NCBI GenBank assembly: GCA_031268005.1
Contig: JAIRYA010000025.1
Coordinates: forward strand, 1 to 39,989
Source: Puniceicoccales bacterium
GTDB lineage: Bacteria > Verrucomicrobiota > Verrucomicrobiia > Opitutales > LL51
Length of the DNA: 39,989 nucleotides
Direction: 5' to 3'
The notes beneath the pieces were generated by a model. The model was not told the DNA's origin, ran no database searches, and was given only the letters and a program-made list of their open reading frames with translations. A program made the translations under genes and the position numbers. The first letter of the stretch is position 1. Every line of letters begins with the position of its first letter. Positions 35,239 through 39,989 of this stretch are shown piece by piece.

Positions 35239-36162
35239 ATGTATTTGCTTAAACAACTGAGGCAATTTTCCACCGTTGTGGCGGATACGGGTGACTTGGA
35301 ATCGATTGAAAAATTTAAACCCCGGGATGCGACAACCAATCCGTCCATCGTCCTCAAAGCCGTCGGTGAAAATTCGCAATTTCTACAAAATATTCTAAAA
35401 AAATATTCCGACCTGGCGGTGGAGCAAATAATGGATCATCTCCTCGTTGAGCTCGGAGCGGAGATTCTAAGAATTATTCCCGGACGCGTTTCAACGGAGG
35501 TCGATGCCCATCTTTCCTTTGACATTTTGGCAACGGTCAACAAAGCCCGGGAGTTGGTGCAGCTGTATCGCAAAAAAGCCATTAATTCGGAGAGAATTCT
35601 AATCAAAATTGCCGCCACCTGGGAAGGCATTCAAGCCGCAAAAATCCTCGAAGAAGAGGGCATTCATTGCAATATGACGCTCCTATTTTCCCTGGAGCAG
35701 GCGATAGCCTGTGCGGAGGCGGGTGTGACGCTAATTTCTCCCTTCGTCGGACGGATTTTGGACTGGTATAAATGCAATAATCCGGAAATTTTAAGCGGCG
35801 ATTTCGATCCGGGCGTTGATTCGGTGCGGCGAATTTTTAGCTACTATAAAAAATGGAACTATGGGACGGAAATCATGGCTGCGAGTTTTAGAAATATCGA
35901 TGAAATTATTGCGCTCGCCGGATGCCATTTACTCACGATTAATCCGAAATTGCTTGACATATTGGATCAGGAGGAAGGAATTATAGACCATAAAATGGAT
36001 ACGTTAGGAGAAGAATGGGAACAAAAACTGGCGTTAAAAGAACCGGATTTTCGTTTGGCATTGAATGAAAATCAGATGGCCACGGAAAAATTATCGGAGG
36101 GAATTCGCCTGTTTTGTCGGGACATTCGTCAGCTGGAAAAACTTATTGCGGCCCAACTATGA
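35239..36162 (+). CDS. tal: Transaldolase
   Basis: QLRQFSTVVADTGD, DATTNPS, IKIAATWEG (Schiff-base Lys context) and ISPFVGRILDW. Confidence 0.92.
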   Translation: MYLLKQLRQFSTVVADTGDLESIEKFKPRDATTNPSIVLKAVGENSQFLQNILKKYSDLAVEQIMDHLLVELGAEILRIIPGRVSTEVDAHLSFDILATVNKARELVQLYRKKAINSERILIKIAATWEGIQAAKILEEEGIHCNMTLLFSLEQAIACAEAGVTLISPFVGRILDWYKCNNPEILSGDFDPGVDSVRRIFSYYKKWNYGTEIMAASFRNIDEIIALAGCHLLTINPKLLDILDQEEGIIDHKMDTLGEEWEQKLALKEPDFRLALNENQMATEKLSEGIRLFCRDIRQLEKLIAAQL

Positions 36163-37157
36163 ATACCATAAAACATTTCGACGGCGCAGAACAATTTTTT
36201 GACATTTGCAAGCAATTGAAGGGGAAACGGGTTGGTATTTTGGGGCATTTACATCCCGACGGCGATTGTTTGGGGGCACAAATTGCGATGCATAATATTC
36301 TGATTCAGTGCGGTGCCGTACCGCTTTTGGGGCTGTACAACGATTACATTGCGTCAAATTTACGGTGGGTTTCCCGTGATTATATTTTTACAAAACCGGA
36401 GGAAATGGCCACCGACGAATACGTTTTTGTCGACTGCAGCGTAAAATTGCGAGCCGGTGATTTTGCGAAGAAGTTGCCCATGCCATTGCTGTCGGTCGAC
36501 CATCACATTTCCGGGGAAAGGTTTGCTCACCATAATTTTTTCCATCCCGAAGCCGCGGCAGCCTGTGAAATTATTGCGGATTTTCTTCACCAAAAACAAT
36601 GGGAAATTTCGAGTCATACGGCGACTGCCCTATACGTGGGCATGGTGACCGATACGGGAAAATTTAGCTATTCTTCAACAAATACACGCACGCTATTTCT
36701 GGCCCTACAGCTCGCATTACACGGGGCGGATCCCCACCGAATTTGCACTGAAATTTATCAAAATGAACCCCGGGAAAAATTTGCTTTGTTGCAGCGCTTT
36801 TTGGCTTCACTGCAATTTTACGCCGATGGCGCGATTTGCATCGGCCATGTGACGGAGCGGGACTATCTGGAAACGCACACGACTTCGGAGGACAGGGAAG
36901 ATTTTGTGGATTATCCGCGGGCGATTAGGGGGGTACGCGTTGCGGTAATTACCCACTACCGCGACGGCAAAATTTGCGTCAGTTTGCGTTCGAACGATCC
37001 CGCGCTGCGCCTGGACCTTTTAGCTAGAAAATTCTCCGGCGGAGGGCACACCTGTGCCGCATCGTTTACCATCGAAGGCATCTGGGAAAAATTCGAAAAA
37101 GTTTTTATAAATAAATTGCGAGCCCATTTGGATTCCTTCTCCGTAAAACATTTATGA
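36159..37157 (+). CDS. nrnA: DHH/DHHA1 phosphoesterase, NrnA-like oligoribonuclease / pAp phosphatase
   Basis: HLHPDGDCLGA, VDHH, GMVTDTGKFSY and GGGHTCAAS. Start set to MNTIKHF (36159), an ATGA overlap with the tal stop. Confidence 0.75.
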   Translation: MNTIKHFDGAEQFFDICKQLKGKRVGILGHLHPDGDCLGAQIAMHNILIQCGAVPLLGLYNDYIASNLRWVSRDYIFTKPEEMATDEYVFVDCSVKLRAGDFAKKLPMPLLSVDHHISGERFAHHNFFHPEAAAACEIIADFLHQKQWEISSHTATALYVGMVTDTGKFSYSSTNTRTLFLALQLALHGADPHRICTEIYQNEPREKFALLQRFLASLQFYADGAICIGHVTERDYLETHTTSEDREDFVDYPRAIRGVRVAVITHYRDGKICVSLRSNDPALRLDLLARKFSGGGHTCAASFTIEGIWEKFEKVFINKLRAHLDSFSVKHL

Positions 37158-37316
37158 AGGGTATTTTATTAAAAATTAAATCAAAAGTCGTCGATGGCAA
37201 TTTTCCCATTGACAGGTGTATTTTATTAGGTTTTTTACGGCATTATTCGGTAATTTTTTTGATGGGTGATACTGTACCCAGGAAGAAAGCGTAAACAAGA
37301 AAAAAAGGCAAAAAGT

Positions 37317-38660
37317 ATGGAAAAGAAAAAAAATCTAGGAATAGGGAAAAAAGAGAACGGGAAGTCTTTGCAGGCATCGGGGGCAGAAACTTCGCTTTTT
37401 TTGAGGGCAAAGGGGCCCTATGATAGCTCAAAGAATAGAGACTACGGAGGAAAATATGCCTTTGATATTGGCGATGGAAAATTTGAAAGAGGCGAGTTCA
37501 TTTGCATCGCAAACCCGACCTACGATAAAACATTTAAATTGTTGTTCACGCCCGTAAATATTACGGATACCGATCCCGTATTTGTCCAATTGTGCAATGT
37601 AAAAAGTAGCAAACTTCGCCTAATGTCACTCCTAAATAGTATTATTTATCCCCATTTCGAAAAAGATGAACGGGCGGAACATATCGTCGAGATAGAGTTG
37701 GAAACTACGGAACTATTAGCCGGGCAGGATGAAGATGATGATAATAACGACGAAACTTTTGAAAAAGCATTAAAGGCGTTACGCTGTGACATCGTTTGTA
37801 AATGTACGGTTCAGAAAAGTCATCAAGCCAAAACAAGTAAGAGTGAAACGCTATTTGTTTATTTTGACATAGAAATGCAAAGGGCTGATATTCCGGGAAG
37901 AATAAATGCTTTTTTAAGGTATAGGGATATTTTAAAAAATAAATTTAAAGTAAAAGAGGACGATGAAGTAAAATTAATAGCCTTTTTGAATTATAAAACC
38001 CAGGGAGTGGCGATGGCAAATGTAGTCGTGACGACTGTGGCCATTGATTCGGGAACAAATACGCTAAGGCTCGTCGACGAAAGGGAAGCCGTAGAAGCCG
38101 CGAAATTATCGAAATTAATTGGACTTCCGGCGATTGTTGAAGAAATAAAATCCAATAATGAGGTAAAAATCAGCGATGCACCTCTGGGGACATACGGTCG
38201 AGAATGGTTGAAATTGTTGGGAACCCAGTGGTGGGCAGAAAGGGAAAACAAGGAAAGTGATCGCTATGTGGTGCCGCAAAATGCCGATTGTCCGGGAGTA
38301 CGGGAGGCTTTAACGGTATTAAGTCGCAAGGGAATTACGGATGAGGCGCTTCGGGAGGAAATCGACAGGCTTTTCAGTGCTAAGAATACGGCAAAGCAAT
38401 TGCAACAGAGAGGAAAAGAAGAAGGAAGAGAAGAAGGCGAAAAAATCGGTGCGTTAAAAGAAAAATTAAAAACATTGATGAAAAATTTCATTAAAAAGCA
38501 AGAATTTGACGATGATGATATCGAAGAAATTGAAGGGCATTCTTTGGCTAAAGATTTTGTGAAAGAAGTTTGGGATTCACTGGCGGAGAATCTCAAAAAC
38601 CAAGGGAATTTAGGCGATTTCATTGCAATTCTTGGGGAAAAAGGTTTGCTGAAAGAATAA
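37317..38660 (+). CDS. PD-(D/E)XK Rpn-family nuclease / putative transposase, tandem copy 1
   Basis: NPTYDKTFKLLF motif. Core is LRCDIVCKC...FVYFDIEMQR (D...E-x-Q). EG-repeat (GKEEGREEGEKIG) and helical C-terminal tail. Start set to MEKKKNLGIG (37317) by homology with the downstream copy. Confidence 0.75.
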   Translation: MEKKKNLGIGKKENGKSLQASGAETSLFLRAKGPYDSSKNRDYGGKYAFDIGDGKFERGEFICIANPTYDKTFKLLFTPVNITDTDPVFVQLCNVKSSKLRLMSLLNSIIYPHFEKDERAEHIVEIELETTELLAGQDEDDDNNDETFEKALKALRCDIVCKCTVQKSHQAKTSKSETLFVYFDIEMQRADIPGRINAFLRYRDILKNKFKVKEDDEVKLIAFLNYKTQGVAMANVVVTTVAIDSGTNTLRLVDEREAVEAAKLSKLIGLPAIVEEIKSNNEVKISDAPLGTYGREWLKLLGTQWWAERENKESDRYVVPQNADCPGVREALTVLSRKGITDEALREEIDRLFSAKNTAKQLQQRGKEEGREEGEKIGALKEKLKTLMKNFIKKQEFDDDDIEEIEGHSLAKDFVKEVWDSLAENLKNQGNLGDFIAILGEKGLLKE

Positions 38661-38711
38661 TTAAATTGGCCAATTAAACAAATTTTTTTGAGAGAAGAGA
38701 AAACAAAAAGT

Positions 38712-39989
38712 ATGGAAAAGAAAAGAAATCAAGGAATAGGGAAAAAAGAGAACGGGAAGTCGTCGCAGGCTTCGGGGGCAGAAACTTCGCTTTTTTTGAG
38801 GGCAAAGGGCCCCTATGATAGCTCAAAGAATAGAGACTACGGGGGAAAATATGCCTTTGATATTGGCGATGGAAAATTTGAAAGAGGCGAGTTCATTTGC
38901 ATCGCAAACCCGACCTACGATAAAACATTTAAATTGTTGTTTACGCCCGCGGATGCCCGCCAGGAATTCGGAGATCTTGCCAACGTAAAACGTGCCAATG
39001 GACGTTTGAAATCACTATTAAATAGTATTATTTATCCCAAGTCCGAGGAAAATTCAGAGGAAGAGCATATCAGTAAAGTGGAATTATTGCCAACGGAAAA
39101 TCTGCAAACTCAGTACAAGAAAAATACAAATAAAAAGCTGGAAGAGGCCCTAAAAGTCTTGCGCTGTGATATCGTTTGCAAATGTACAATATCGACGAAA
39201 AATCGGGAAGAAAATTGTAGTGCGTGTTTTGTTTATTTCGACATAGAAATGCAAAGGACAAAGATAGAAAAAAGATTGCAGGATTTTTTAGATTATCGAA
39301 AAATTTTAGAAAAAGAGTACGAAACAAAAGATATAAAAGTGGTGGCTTTTTTGAATTATTCTACGGAGGAAGTGGTGCAAGAAGTAGTGGGAGGTTATTT
39401 TGCCTTTAATGAGGAGAAAAATGCCTTTGATCCCCTGGAGGAAAATATGGAAGATGTAAAAAAACGTATCTCTCCAATGATTGGCCTTAAGAGAGTAGTC
39501 GCAGAAATACAAGAAAAAAAAGATATTGCGGTTGTGCCGGGCAAGTTTTTGAAGGAAAATGGAAAAGAATGGCTAAAATTATTGGGGGTGCAATGGTGGG
39601 GAAGGCCGCCCGAGGAAAATGATACGAAAACTAAAAATCTGCCTAATTATCGTTTTATAGTTCCTAGGAATGTAAATTGCGAAGCCGTTCGAGAAGCTTT
39701 GCAAATATTGGAATCTAAAAATTTGGATTTAGCAGCAATTGAAAAAGAAATTGAAAACATTTTTGATGCGGAACGAACGATTAATAATGTTCGAGAAGGA
39801 GGCCTAAAAGAGGGCCTAAAAGAAGGCCTAAAAGAAGGCGAAAAAATCGGTACATTAAAAGCATTGATGAAAAATTTCATTAGAGGAACAGAAATTAACG
39901 GAGATGATATCGCAGAAATTGAAGGGCATTCTTTGGCTAAAGATTTTGTGAAAGAAGTTTGGGATTCATTGGCGGAGAATCTCAAAAAT
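38712..39989 (+). CDS. PD-(D/E)XK Rpn-family nuclease / putative transposase, tandem copy 2, 3'-partial
   Basis: Absent from the ORF track because it runs off the window. Hand translation from ATG 38712 is open for 426 codons to the edge: MEKKRNQGIGKKENGKSSQASG...NPTYDKTFKLLF...LRCDIVCKC...FVYFDIEMQR...GLKEGLKEGLKEGEKIG...EIEGHSLAKDFVKEVWDSLAENLKN. Confidence 0.75.
   Translation, partial: MEKKRNQGIGKKENGKSSQASGAETSLFLRAKGPYDSSKNRDYGGKYAFDIGDGKFERGEFICIANPTYDKTFKLLFTPADARQEFGDLANVKRANGRLKSLLNSIIYPKSEENSEEEHISKVELLPTENLQTQYKKNTNKKLEEALKVLRCDIVCKCTISTKNREENCSACFVYFDIEMQRTKIEKRLQDFLDYRKILEKEYETKDIKVVAFLNYSTEEVVQEVVGGYFAFNEEKNAFDPLEENMEDVKKRISPMIGLKRVVAEIQEKKDIAVVPGKFLKENGKEWLKLLGVQWWGRPPEENDTKTKNLPNYRFIVPRNVNCEAVREALQILESKNLDLAAIEKEIENIFDAERTINNVREGGLKEGLKEGLKEGEKIGTLKALMKNFIRGTEINGDDIAEIEGHSLAKDFVKEVWDSLAENLKN
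39801..39836 (+). repeat. 12-bp tandem repeat (ggcctaaaaga[ag]) x3 encoding (GLKE)3
   Basis: ggcctaaaagag ggcctaaaagaa ggcctaaaagaa, in the EG-repeat segment of the Rpn-like protein. Confidence 0.8.

Overview
39,989-bp chromosomal window from a moderately AT-rich diderm bacterium, with LPS and outer-membrane genes present. The taxon cannot be assigned from sequence alone. Eukaryote-type effectors, duplicated amino-acid uptake modules with a decayed ATPase copy, a Mip-like FKBP and interspersed palindromic repeats suggest a host-associated lifestyle (inference). Core backbone: tsaD, then two tandem polar-amino-acid ABC uptake modules. A long minus-strand array (14.9-30.2 kb) mixes translation genes (rpsT, prmA, rplU-rpmA, tsaE), envelope/LPS genes (DUF374 acyltransferase, hldD, msbA, LptE-like lipoprotein, bamD-like, lpxK), fabH, rpe and holA. 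A plus-strand array follows: rplM-rpsI, fabD, ispH, rpsB-tsf, tal, nrnA-like. Accessory material sits at four places. (i) 1-2741: two tandem eukaryote-type USP/C19 deubiquitinase genes, the second with a signal peptide and a repeat-encoded K/P/S-rich arm. (ii) 4.7-6.3 kb: an AT-rich islet with an orphan ORF and a RelE/YoeB-like toxin domain fused to an unknown N-terminal region. (iii) 10.2-14.7 kb: a secreted hypothetical protein, a large secreted class-3 lipase and a PD-(D/E)XK Rpn-family gene. (iv) 37.3 kb to the end: two tandem mosaic Rpn-family paralogues. Non-coding highlights are a modular multi-hairpin interspersed repeat family (17.2-17.7 kb, 11.35 kb, 30.3 kb) and an 81-nt perfect four-way-junction element (18816-18896). 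I recognised no rRNA, tRNA, CRISPR array, IS transposase or integrase. All identity percentages are by-eye estimates; no database search was possible.
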